A stretch of DNA of 64,000 nucleotides from Oligoflexia bacterium. GTDB lineage: Bacteria > Bdellovibrionota > Bdellovibrionia > JABDDW01. Positions 1 to 9,056 of this stretch are shown one piece after another. The stretch's first letter is position 1, and every line of letters starts with the position of its first letter. The position numbers and the translations under genes are program-made. The DNA lies in NCBI GenBank assembly GCA_034439615.1, contig JAWXAT010000010.1:5001-69000 (forward strand). The letters are read 5' to 3'. The notes beneath the pieces were generated by a model. That model saw only the letters and a program-made list of their open reading frames with translations. It did not search any database and was not told where the DNA came from.

Positions 1-383
1 TGGGTCAACTTACTAAACTTGGTATTGGCCAAAGCACATGCGTTGGCATCGGTGGAGACCCCGTGAACGGCACAAATTTTATTGATGTCCTTGAACAATT
101 TGCCGCTGACCCAGGAACAGATGCCGTAATCATGATTGGTGAAATCGGCGGTTCAGCTGAAGAAGAAGCCGCTCAATGGATTAAATCAAACATGAAAAAA
201 CCCGTTGTTTGCTTCATTGCAGGTTCAACCGCACCCGCCGGCAAACGCATGGGTCACGCAGGAGCAATTATTAGTGGCGGCAAAGGAACAGCTGAAGAAA
301 AATTCGCAGCTCTTCAAAGTGCCGGCTGTAAAATCGCCCGCAGCCCCGCTGAACTCGGCTCTACTTTAAAATCAGTTATCTAA
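1..383 (+). CDS. sucD: Succinyl-CoA ligase alpha subunit, C-terminal part (5' end lies outside the window)
   Basis: The frame is open from the window edge. Translation [25 protein letters not shown]...GHAGAII matches the conserved SucD C-terminus. Confidence 0.85.
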   Translation, partial: GQLTKLGIGQSTCVGIGGDPVNGTNFIDVLEQFAADPGTDAVIMIGEIGGSAEEEAAQWIKSNMKKPVVCFIAGSTAPAGKRMGHAGAIISGGKGTAEEKFAALQSAGCKIARSPAELGSTLKSVI

Positions 384-488
384 ATAATTTCTGATCGATA
401 TTTGATTCGAAACCAAATGGATCTACGAATGTGTAACTTCTCGTCGAGGTGACGAAAATCACCCTTACATATAGAACAAATCTATATA

Positions 489-800
489 TTGTATAGATAT
501 CAAGGAGTGGTTACGTTAGTAAGATTTGAATGGGATGAAAAGAAGAATAAATCAAATCGCCGGAAACGTGGAGTTTGGTTTGAAGAGGCGACCCATGTAT
601 TCGGTGATCCTTATCACCGCTTCTTTTTAGATAAAGACCACTCAGACCATGAAGATAGATATATCGTTATTGGTTATGGGGCTGAGAACAGATTACTTGT
701 TGTAATCCATGTTTATTGTAACGCCACTGAGATCGTGAGAATTGTGTCCGCTCGTAGAGCAACAAAAAAAGAGAGGCTATATTATGAAGAAGGAATATAA
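489..800 (+). CDS. brnT: BrnT-family toxin (DUF497, type II TA ribonuclease)
   Basis: FEWDEKKNKSNRRKRG...FEEA..VFGDPY matches the BrnT N-terminal signature. The ~100-aa size fits. The gene overlaps the downstream antitoxin-like gene. The start is uncertain: the track uses TTG at 489 and aaggag lies at 501-506. Confidence 0.65.
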   Translation: MYRYQGVVTLVRFEWDEKKNKSNRRKRGVWFEEATHVFGDPYHRFFLDKDHSDHEDRYIVIGYGAENRLLVVIHVYCNATEIVRIVSARRATKKERLYYEEGI

Positions 801-999
801 TTTTTCAAAAATGAAAGAAGCAGCTAATCCTCTTAAAGGCAAGAAGATTGGTGTTGGCATTAATTTGAGTCCTACGGTTATTGATTATTTCAAAAAGATG
901 AGCGAAGAAACAGCAATTCCTTATCAAAAACTTATCGATATGTATCTTTTGGATTGTGTGCAAAAAAAGAAGAAGCTCAAGTTAGATTGGGCTGGGTAA
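784..999 (+). CDS. brnA: BrnA-like antitoxin (CopG/RHH-like)
   Basis: A 71-aa ORF beginning MKKEYNFSK overlaps the brnT 3' end, the typical BrnT-BrnA arrangement. The small basic C-terminus resembles BrnA. Confidence 0.55.
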   Translation: MKKEYNFSKMKEAANPLKGKKIGVGINLSPTVIDYFKKMSEETAIPYQKLIDMYLLDCVQKKKKLKLDWAG

Positions 1000-1061
1000 T
1001 ATGTTGCTACCGAAAGTAATAGTTTCTGACTTCTATTTGAATCGAAATACAAAGTGAAAAC

Positions 1062-1134
1062 GAGTACCACAAGATTACACCTATGGAGTTAGGCTTCTAT
1101 TAGATGCCTAACTCCATAGGGCGATGATTTCTGA
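1062..1134. repeat. ~75-bp palindromic intergenic repeat, copy 1
   Basis: Contains a 15-bp-arm hairpin cctatggagttaggc-N11-gcctaactccatagg. A second, near-identical copy (nearly identical hairpin arms; several substitutions and an indel in the 5' flank) lies at 52134-52210. Confidence 0.75.
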
Positions 1135-1373
1135 CTTTATTCTGACTTTATAAAGAGTGACCTCAAGTAGGTCATAGTTGTCTAAATCGTGGCCAGGCTT
1201 AACCTAGACCTGCCCCCAAGCGTACTTACAACCCCTTAATAATTCTCATGTATTTTCTTGTCACATTGCTCTCAGGACGGCTTTTCAGCTGGTACTAATT
1301 ATGCAATTAAAGTGGTTCAAGGTCGCTGCGGGCGTGCTATAAAGCAGGCGTAAACTCTAAGGTGGGCGTGGAT

Positions 1374-1793
1374 ATGACGAACTTAAACATATTTGATTGG
1401 ACCGCAAGCATTAGCGAAAACTTGCGTCGCACCATTGATAAAAATCCCAAGAAAAATGTTGAGCTCACAGTTATTCTTGAAGTTCCATGTCTTCATGGCC
1501 TTCATGATGCCAAAGATTTTCGTGAACATTTTTTTGAAATTAAAACCAATAATGATCTCTGGAAAACTCAAGTTTTTAATCTTGAAGTTTTATCATACAA
1601 TTTTGTTCCTGATGAAAACGACACTTCAAAAATACCTTCGGGCGTTTTATTTATTAAGGTTAAAGGTTCAGTAAAAAATATTTTTAAAGCGGTTAAAGAA
1701 GTACGCTTCTTAGATGATGAAGAAGGTCACCCTAGACGCTTTGCTATTTCTAAAGCATCAATGGATTCTGAAATACTCACATTAAATTCCTGA
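1374..1793 (+). CDS. Hypothetical protein
   Basis: 140-aa ORF with no recognisable motifs. ORFs on both strands inside it look spurious. Confidence 0.35.
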   Translation: MTNLNIFDWTASISENLRRTIDKNPKKNVELTVILEVPCLHGLHDAKDFREHFFEIKTNNDLWKTQVFNLEVLSYNFVPDENDTSKIPSGVLFIKVKGSVKNIFKAVKEVRFLDDEEGHPRRFAISKASMDSEILTLNS

Positions 1794-2795
1794 TTTAAGC
1801 ATTTCAATGGCACCTTTGCAGGTGAAGTGAACTCCGTCGTTCCAATACCTAACTGATTTATCATCATTTGGAATACCAGAGAAAAAATCTAAAACTTTTA
1901 CATTTGAAATTTTAAGAGCTTTAAGTTTTTCAATCCATTGGCCATGGCGTTCTATAACTTCTGGGAAATCTTTTGTCAGTCTGATTGTGAATTGTGGATA
2001 ATAAGGCGGAATTAAGACTAACACCTCAATACCCATTTCACTTAAGGCATTTAATTTTTTAACAAAAGCTGACCACGCTTGAGGTGATTGTTGTTTTTTT
2101 AAAACATTCCGAGAATATGTATCGTATGTGATTCCTGTTTCTTTTTGAAGTTCATGGGGTGTTTTTTCACCTATGTATTCATCACTATCACAAAGTTCAT
2201 CATCAAGGTGCCAGCCACTTCCTCGATCTAGTTCGTACTGATCAGAATTATTAAGTGCGTAAAAAGATGCCTCAAGCGTATTATGATCAATGAGCCCCAA
2301 ATATTGACTAAATTTAGCAGACAAATTTGATTCGCCAAAACCTTCTTCAAGATACGCACGTAGTGCGGGCGTGTTTTTAATTTTTGCATCAGCGACATCT
2401 GTTATGAGTTCAAAATAATCAGCATACCAAATCACTTTTTTAAGTTTTAGTTTTTCTAAAGCAATATTGAGAAAAGCAATTTTAGCAGACAATTCTGAAG
2501 CGCCCATTGAGAGGTTAATAACTTTTAATTTTTCACGCTTCTCAATCCATTTAAGTGGAGTGGTTTGCCCTCTAGATGATCCTAAAATTGCAATTTCAGC
2601 ATCAGGGTGTGCTAATACTTTTTGGCCAATCTGATAAAAATGATTACGCGTACGTTTTGTTAAATCGAGTTTTTCACAATTGTAATAGCACATCGGATCA
2701 ACACGGTAGTTAAACACAGCAATGACCAATAAAATTACTAATGTCACAGACGCTGATATAAAAAGTGCTGTTTTTGGATTCATTTTAATCCTCAA
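1782..2795 (-). CDS. DltD/AlgJ-like (SGNH-type) O-acyltransferase partner protein with an N-terminal membrane anchor
   Basis: N-terminal TM helix followed by a periplasmic domain. The gene is translationally coupled (4-nt overlap) to the upstream MBOAT gene, as in dltBD, algIJ and patAB pairs. Confidence 0.5.
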   Translation of the reverse strand: MRIKMNPKTALFISASVTLVILLVIAVFNYRVDPMCYYNCEKLDLTKRTRNHFYQIGQKVLAHPDAEIAILGSSRGQTTPLKWIEKREKLKVINLSMGASELSAKIAFLNIALEKLKLKKVIWYADYFELITDVADAKIKNTPALRAYLEEGFGESNLSAKFSQYLGLIDHNTLEASFYALNNSDQYELDRGSGWHLDDELCDSDEYIGEKTPHELQKETGITYDTYSRNVLKKQQSPQAWSAFVKKLNALSEMGIEVLVLIPPYYPQFTIRLTKDFPEVIERHGQWIEKLKALKISNVKVLDFFSGIPNDDKSVRYWNDGVHFTCKGAIEMLKSGI

Positions 2796-4207
2796 AACTG
2801 AAAGTAAAGAAACGGCGATTCATCGCCCATATACATCAAACAAACAGCAAATAATAATCCCAATACCAAAGCAGTAACTCGCGAGGGTTTAAGATTTATC
2901 TCCCACGTATTTTTACTAAAAAATGCCAACAACACAGACAATGCTAAGGCGATAAAAAATCGATCTTTATGTCTTTCGGGGAGAGATAAAACATCCCAAG
3001 TGAGATCGCCATTAAGCAAAAATACTTTTTGTAACCATAAAAATGCCGTTGAAAAATCAGGGGCACGAAAGAATATCCAACCTAAATTCACGAGCAAAAA
3101 AGTAAACATCCATTTTACTGTGTTGTTATTTAAAAGATTCCAGTTTCGATCTTTAAAAAATCTTTCTGTGCACAATATAATTCCGTGAAAAAGACCCCAG
3201 GCAAAAAATGTCCAATTTGCACCATGCCACATTCCACCAATTGCCATGGTGATTAAAAGATTTCTATACGTCAGTAATTTCCCAAAGCGATTACCACCCA
3301 ACGAGACGTAGAGATAATCTTTTAACCATGAAGACAAAGTAATATGCCATCTTTGCCAGAATTCAGTTATCGAACGTGCTTTATATGGTGAATTAAAATT
3401 TTGAGGAAACTGAATATTCATCATCAAACCCAAACCCACGGCCATGTCTGAATAACCACTGAAATCAAAGTAAAGTTGCATTGTGTAACCAAGCATAGCC
3501 AAAACGGCCTCCGTGTTTGAAGCCGATGACATATTAGTTACAAGTGGTGAAACAATGAGAGCCAAAAGATCTGCGATAAGAATTTTTTTAGACAAGCCGA
3601 GAATAAAAAATGCGCAACCTCTCCAAAAATTATCAGCAGTGAAATTATAAGTTTTACTATCTTCAAGCTGCGGAACAATTTGATTGTGCCTTACAAGGGG
3701 CCCAGAAATTTGATGAGGGAATAAAGTCACATAACTTGCAAATGAAAGTAACCTTGCATGTGCTGTGGAGGTTCCTCGATAAACATCGATAACATATGAA
3801 AGTGACTGAAATGTATAAAAAGAAATTCCAATGGGCAATACAAGCGCCAACGTTGGAAGTACCGTGCTTGCGCCCGTTAACACATCTAGTACTTCATTAA
3901 GTGTTCCAGCAAAAAAATTATAATATTTAAAAAACCCAAGTACTGAAAAATTAGTTACAAGTGAAACTATTAAAAGTCTTTTTTTGATTTTTAATTCTTT
4001 TGTATTAAAAATTTTCTTCGCTAAATAAAAATCAAGAATTACTGTGAATAAAAGCAAAAAAACGTACTTAGTACTCCAATAGGCATAAAAGACAACACTC
4101 GATAGGAATAGAAAAAATAGCTGCGCCCTTGGGTTTTTAATCAGGTAATACCCAAGCAAAGTGATGGGCAAAAATACAAAAATGAAGACATATGAATTAA
4201 AGAGCAT
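2792..4207 (-). CDS. MBOAT-family membrane-bound O-acyltransferase (DltB/AlgI/PatA-like)
   Basis: Polytopic membrane protein carrying the MBOAT signature region FWQRWHITLSSWLKDYLYVSLGGNR with the conserved His. Confidence 0.85.
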   Translation of the reverse strand: MLFNSYVFIFVFLPITLLGYYLIKNPRAQLFFLFLSSVVFYAYWSTKYVFLLLFTVILDFYLAKKIFNTKELKIKKRLLIVSLVTNFSVLGFFKYYNFFAGTLNEVLDVLTGASTVLPTLALVLPIGISFYTFQSLSYVIDVYRGTSTAHARLLSFASYVTLFPHQISGPLVRHNQIVPQLEDSKTYNFTADNFWRGCAFFILGLSKKILIADLLALIVSPLVTNMSSASNTEAVLAMLGYTMQLYFDFSGYSDMAVGLGLMMNIQFPQNFNSPYKARSITEFWQRWHITLSSWLKDYLYVSLGGNRFGKLLTYRNLLITMAIGGMWHGANWTFFAWGLFHGIILCTERFFKDRNWNLLNNNTVKWMFTFLLVNLGWIFFRAPDFSTAFLWLQKVFLLNGDLTWDVLSLPERHKDRFFIALALSVLLAFFSKNTWEINLKPSRVTALVLGLLFAVCLMYMGDESPFLYFQF

Positions 4208-4346
4208 TTCTTATTATTAATAGAGTGGATTTGGGGTGTCTATGACAGAAATTCTTGCCCAAAAGCCACCTTCTATGGGAGAAAGTGATTCAAAATCATT
4301 ATCGCAAGTGTCTGGCCCCAGTGGTCAGCTTTTAAGGAGTTATAAA

Positions 4347-4769
4347 ATGGAACAAACTTTCAGTATTATTAAGCCCAATGGTGTGAAAAAAAACGTTATT
4401 GGCAAAGTCATTGATCGTTTCGAATCAAGCGGTCTAACAATTGCTGCGGCAAAACTAGCACACCTTGATCGCGCAAAAGCAGAGGGTTTCTACGCAGAAC
4501 ATAAAGAACGCCCCTTCTTTGGTGAACTTGTACAATTTATGACTTCTGGCCCGGTTCTATTAATGGTTCTTCAAGGTGAAAACGCCGTTGAAAAAAATCG
4601 CAAAATCATGGGCGCAACTGATCCTAAAAAAGCTGATCCCGGCACCATTCGACGTGATCTAGGTGATAGCATGGGTGAGAATACCGTTCATGGCTCTGAT
4701 AGTCTCGCAAGCGCTAAGCGCGAAATTGCTTTTTTCTTTGAACCAAACGAACTTGTCAACGCTCGATAA
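4347..4769 (+). CDS. ndk: Nucleoside diphosphate kinase
   Basis: [13 protein letters not shown]...NTVHGSDS is the Ndk active-site region. aaggag lies 8 nt upstream of the ATG at 4347. Length is 140 aa. Confidence 0.9.
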   Translation: MEQTFSIIKPNGVKKNVIGKVIDRFESSGLTIAAAKLAHLDRAKAEGFYAEHKERPFFGELVQFMTSGPVLLMVLQGENAVEKNRKIMGATDPKKADPGTIRRDLGDSMGENTVHGSDSLASAKREIAFFFEPNELVNAR

Positions 4770-4785
4770 AAATTCAGAAATCACA

Positions 4786-5913
4786 GTGCCCATCGCTTCT
4801 CTCTCATACGGAGGAAGCGGTGTGGGCCGCTATAATAATTTTGTTATTTTCACACCCTACACGGCACCCGGCGATGTCGCGCGCGTGCGTATACTCAATC
4901 ACAAAAAAAGCTACGCTGAAGCAGAACTAATATCTATCGAGGCGCCATCGAGTTCTCGAGTAAATCCCCCATGCCCCGTTTTTATGAAATGCGGGGGCTG
5001 TCAATGGCAGCATGTGACCTATCAAGAACAATTAAAACAAAAACAACTCATCGTTGAACATGCGCTCAATCGCATTGCTCACGAAAGCGATATTGAAATT
5101 TTACCGATTATCCCCTCACCTCAAGAATTTCATTACCGAAACCGCGCACAATTTCGTGCCGAGGGAAAAACCGTGGGGTTTTATCAAAAAAAATCTCACA
5201 ATATAATCGAATTTGAAAAATGCCTTATCATCGATGAAAAACTTAACGAAGAATTGGCAAAAATTAAAAATGAACGCATCAATACTCCATCAGAAAAAAC
5301 AGACAAGATTGAAGTATTTTTATCTCAGAAAAATGCAGTCATTCGCTCACTCAATCATGCACATGGCGAAGAATCGGGGTTTTCTCAAGTAAACACTCAG
5401 CAAAATGAACAAATGCTCAAATATGTTGCCGATCTTTTAGGAACACCTGGTCAAATCGCCACCGATAATAGCTTCGCGGGCAATCTCTTGGATCTTTACT
5501 GTGGAAATGGCAATTTCTCCCTACCCTTAAACAAAAAAGGATGGCGCATTCACGGAATCGATAACAATCGGTCAGCCATTCAAGCAGCTCGCGAAACAGC
5601 AAGCCAAAGCGCATTTTTTTCTCCAGAAGATTGCACTTTAGGAGTGACGAAATTAGCCTCTCAAAATCGAAAATTCGAAGTGATTCTCATAGACCCGCCC
5701 CGCGTCGGAGCCGATGAACGCATATGGACATCTTTGGCAAAATTAGCGGCACCAAAAATTGTGTATGTGAGTTGTAACCCCACCACTTTTGCTCGTGATT
5801 GGGCTCGCCTTAAGCAAACTGCCCCCTACAAACTCATCAGCATTCAACCCTTTGATATGTTCCCTCAGACTTTTCATGTGGAATTAGTCGCTACAGCGGT
5901 GCTTCAAAAATAA
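4786..5913 (+). CDS. rlmD: 23S rRNA (uracil-C5)-methyltransferase, RlmD/RumA type (TRAM + 4Fe-4S + SAM methyltransferase)
   Basis: TRAM-like N-terminus, a CPVFMKCGGCQWQH cysteine cluster, and C-terminal methyltransferase motifs (LDLYCGNGNFSLPL, IDPPRVG). There is no ATG after the ndk stop. An in-frame GTG at 4786 is proposed as the start. Confidence 0.7.
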   Translation: MPIASLSYGGSGVGRYNNFVIFTPYTAPGDVARVRILNHKKSYAEAELISIEAPSSSRVNPPCPVFMKCGGCQWQHVTYQEQLKQKQLIVEHALNRIAHESDIEILPIIPSPQEFHYRNRAQFRAEGKTVGFYQKKSHNIIEFEKCLIIDEKLNEELAKIKNERINTPSEKTDKIEVFLSQKNAVIRSLNHAHGEESGFSQVNTQQNEQMLKYVADLLGTPGQIATDNSFAGNLLDLYCGNGNFSLPLNKKGWRIHGIDNNRSAIQAARETASQSAFFSPEDCTLGVTKLASQNRKFEVILIDPPRVGADERIWTSLAKLAAPKIVYVSCNPTTFARDWARLKQTAPYKLISIQPFDMFPQTFHVELVATAVLQK

Positions 5914-5964
5914 TTCAAGTATTGAAATTCACTTGTTTTTATTGAGTCCGTTTGCTAGCAATTA

Positions 5965-6711
5965 ATGATGATTAAAAAGCTTCTTCTCGCACTTCTCTTC
6001 ATGGGATTGATCAGCTGTTCCTCTAGTTCACTTCGTAAAGAACAAGCTCAGTTGCATTTAAAAATTGGAACCAGCCATTTGATGAAGGGCCACTACCCCC
6101 AAGCACTTAAAGTACTACTCGAAGCAGAGAAACTTGACCCTGAAGATCCGGTTATTCAAAACAATTTGGGCTTGGCTTATTTTGTACGCAAAGAATACGA
6201 GTTAGCGCTCACACACATGAACAAAGCCTTACAACTTAACCCCAAGTACAGTGATGCGAGAAATAATCTTGGACGTGTTTATATTGAACTCACACGCTAT
6301 GATGCCGCAATTCTTGAGTTAAACACAGTTACAAAAGATCTCACTTACCCAACGCCAGAAAAAGCCTATGTTAATTTGGGGCTAGCGCATCTGAAAAAAA
6401 ACGACACAAACCATGCACTACAAAGCTTCAAAAAAGCCATGGAAGCTAACAATCGATTTTGCCCAGGGCATAATTATTATGGACAAGCGCTCTTTCAGCT
6501 TCAAAAATATGAAGCTGCTGCCGACGCGTTTGAAAATGCACTTAAACTCTGCAACAATAATTACGACGAAGCCCATTACTACACAGGACTTTGTTATTAT
6601 AAATTAGGGCAAAGAGAAAAAGCTAAGGCTCGTTTAGAAGAAGTGGTTAAGCTTTACCCAGATAGTGAATATTCAGGTAAGGCAAAATCAATGCTTAAAA
6701 TTATTCAATAG
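5965..6711 (+). CDS. TPR-repeat lipoprotein (PilF/PilW-like)
   Basis: Lipobox LISC with a signal peptide and repeated TPR units. Its position between a rRNA methyltransferase and rodZ mirrors the ndk-rlmN-pilF-rodZ arrangement of other proteobacteria. Confidence 0.65.
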   Translation: MMIKKLLLALLFMGLISCSSSSLRKEQAQLHLKIGTSHLMKGHYPQALKVLLEAEKLDPEDPVIQNNLGLAYFVRKEYELALTHMNKALQLNPKYSDARNNLGRVYIELTRYDAAILELNTVTKDLTYPTPEKAYVNLGLAHLKKNDTNHALQSFKKAMEANNRFCPGHNYYGQALFQLQKYEAAADAFENALKLCNNNYDEAHYYTGLCYYKLGQREKAKARLEEVVKLYPDSEYSGKAKSMLKIIQ

Positions 6712-6720
6712 GAAGATTAC

Positions 6721-7710
6721 ATGAAAGACATAGGACAACTTCTTAAAGACAAACGCGAGTCACTTAAAATTTCTCTTGAAGAAGTTTCAGTAGCAACAAA
6801 AATTGGTTTCAAGATATTACAAGCTATTGAAGATGGAGATCTTAGTAAACTTCCCGCAAAACCATTTATTCGCGGATTCATTCAGTCATATGCAAAATAT
6901 TTAGGTCTCGATGTTACTGACATACTTGCACTTTTTCAGTCATCAATGAAGACCACAAAACCCGTAACTTCCCAATCAAATAATTTATCTTGTCCAAGCT
7001 CAGCAGCAACAAAGCAACGAGAAACAGCAGAAGATATTGAAAAAAACTTACCTGGCAGTGGGCGAAATATTTTAGCAATTGTTGCAATCGTTTTAACTAT
7101 TATTGGAATTATCGCCATACAAAGAGTGCTTAATCAACGCGAAGAAGAAATGCGTTCGGGCGAAGTTCAAGCAATTACCGGCAGCGATGCGCCACTTAAT
7201 ATTTCATCGGCACCGTCAGCAAACACAAGTCCCGGCGTCGAAGCCGCAGCTTCACCAGGCGCAAGTGTGACGGAATCATCGGCACCAACTGTCGTGGCTA
7301 TTAGTTCGCCATCACCATCAGCTGTGCTATCACCGTCACCGATATCGTCGCCATCACCTTCACCCAAAGCAACTCCAACACCTAAGCCTTCACCATCAGC
7401 AAGTCCATCGGCCTCACCATCAGCTTCACCATCGGCAACTCCAGCAGCGTCTGCATCACCCGCTGAAGTAGCCGTTCCCCAAGAAATTATTGTTGAAGCA
7501 CTTGATATGGTCACCGTGAAAATCAATGTCGACGGTGCAGCGGCAAAGGAAGTCAGCATGAATGCCGATCAAATTCAAACATTCAAAGCAAAACGCAAGA
7601 TCACACTCAGCATCGAAAATGGTGGGGCAATTAGCATTATCCATAATGGTCGCGAATTAGGTGTTCCAGGAAATCTAGGTCAGCCAAAAACAATGGTTTT
7701 TGGAAAATGA
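6721..7710 (+). CDS. rodZ: Cytoskeleton protein RodZ-like (HTH + TM + Ser/Pro-rich linker + C-terminal domain)
   Basis: N-terminal XRE-type HTH (SLEEVSVATKIGFKILQAIEDGD), a single TM helix, a long SPSPSA repeat linker and a conserved C-terminal domain. Confidence 0.7.
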   Translation: MKDIGQLLKDKRESLKISLEEVSVATKIGFKILQAIEDGDLSKLPAKPFIRGFIQSYAKYLGLDVTDILALFQSSMKTTKPVTSQSNNLSCPSSAATKQRETAEDIEKNLPGSGRNILAIVAIVLTIIGIIAIQRVLNQREEEMRSGEVQAITGSDAPLNISSAPSANTSPGVEAAASPGASVTESSAPTVVAISSPSPSAVLSPSPISSPSPSPKATPTPKPSPSASPSASPSASPSATPAASASPAEVAVPQEIIVEALDMVTVKINVDGAAAKEVSMNADQIQTFKAKRKITLSIENGGAISIIHNGRELGVPGNLGQPKTMVFGK

Positions 7711-9056
7711 CGTTATGGCAAATTTGGTGGCTTGCACTTGCTATCAAAACTATTTTGCTGCCAATTATCCCAATTACACCTGATGAAGCATATTACTTCG
7801 CATGGTCACGTCATCTTGCCTTAAGTTATTTTGATCATCCGCCCTTTATCTCATGGATCATGACAGTAGCTCAACCTCTCTGGAAAACCGCCGTCGGTAT
7901 TCGCTGGCCCGGAGTAATACTCATTCATCTTGGCTATATTCCCTGGATTTTTATGTTACGAAGGCTCGGTTTTTCTGAACGTGCACAAATTTTTTGGATG
8001 ATCTCTCTTCTACTTGGCCCACTTACCGGACTTGGTGGATTTGTCATCACACCCGACGTTCCATTAACATTTTTTTGGAGCTTAGGAATGTTAGCACTAC
8101 TTTGGATATTTGATAAGCCCACCGTTTCAAGATGGCTGCTTCTCGGAGTAATCGTAGGGCTTGGGATGCTTTCAAAGTACGTCATGGTTTTATTTGTTCC
8201 ATGCATGCTTGCGTGGATGTTTTGGGATAACAAAGCTCATGAGCTTAAAAAACCTGGAATTTGGCTAGCAGGAATTGTTTCGATCATAACTTTTTCGCCT
8301 GTCCTAATTTGGAATTATCAAAATGATTTTGCTTCATTTTTATTTCAAGCCAAGCACGGCCTTGAGAGCACTGCCATTCAATGGAAAATGCCCGTTGAAT
8401 ATCTGAGCACTCAATTTGCGATGATTAATCCACTTTTATTTTTTGTCGCCTATTCGTCACTTCGCAAACGTTGGGACAAACAAAAACTTTTATTTGTTTT
8501 TGCGATAATTCCATTTGCATTTTTTTTCATGACATCATTTCGTGCACGGGTCGAAGCCAATTGGCCCGTGTGTGGGTATCCGAGCCTACTTGCATTTTAT
8601 GCGATGGTTTTTGATTATACTGCAGAAAGAGAACGTTGGACAAAATGGGTAAAAATGAGCCTGGGTATCGCAGGGGTTTTTTGCATATTAATTATTACTC
8701 ACACTGTACACCCTTGGCTTCCCATCAGAAAAGACAAAGACCACACAGAAATTACTCGTGAATGGACCCCCGACATACAGGCGGTTAAAAACTTACGACC
8801 ACTGTATACACGTAGTTATCAAATGGCGGCATTTCACTCTTATTACCGCCCCGCCGAAGATGAAGCTTTTAAAATAAAAGGTATTGATCGATTGGATGTT
8901 TATGATTTTTTACCAGAATCACTACCTTCACAAAAAGGATATGTGATTTTAAAAGCAGATGATAAATTGCCCGAGATCATCGAAAAAAATTACACCTTAC
9001 AAAATCCGACACTGTTACCAAGTAATCTTGTCGTCTTTGAAATCATTCCAAAATGA
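7707..9056 (+). CDS. GT-C-fold glycosyltransferase (ArnT/PMT family 39/83-like)
   Basis: Polytopic membrane protein with a PDEAYY motif in the first periplasmic loop, typical of ArnT/PMT glycosyltransferases. The start overlaps the rodZ stop. Confidence 0.65.
   Translation: MTLWQIWWLALAIKTILLPIIPITPDEAYYFAWSRHLALSYFDHPPFISWIMTVAQPLWKTAVGIRWPGVILIHLGYIPWIFMLRRLGFSERAQIFWMISLLLGPLTGLGGFVITPDVPLTFFWSLGMLALLWIFDKPTVSRWLLLGVIVGLGMLSKYVMVLFVPCMLAWMFWDNKAHELKKPGIWLAGIVSIITFSPVLIWNYQNDFASFLFQAKHGLESTAIQWKMPVEYLSTQFAMINPLLFFVAYSSLRKRWDKQKLLFVFAIIPFAFFFMTSFRARVEANWPVCGYPSLLAFYAMVFDYTAERERWTKWVKMSLGIAGVFCILIITHTVHPWLPIRKDKDHTEITREWTPDIQAVKNLRPLYTRSYQMAAFHSYYRPAEDEAFKIKGIDRLDVYDFLPESLPSQKGYVILKADDKLPEIIEKNYTLQNPTLLPSNLVVFEIIPK

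Noticed and set aside
1383-1674. ORFs on the minus strand and in an alternative plus frame inside 1374-1793
   Set aside because: They are mutually overlapping and AT-rich. The chosen frame is merely the longest, and confidence is low for all of them.
7167-7644. Minus-strand ORFs (130 aa, 62 aa) rich in Asp/Gly/Ala
   Set aside because: They are antisense to the Ser/Pro-rich low-complexity linker of rodZ. The repetitive codons create open frames on the opposite strand.
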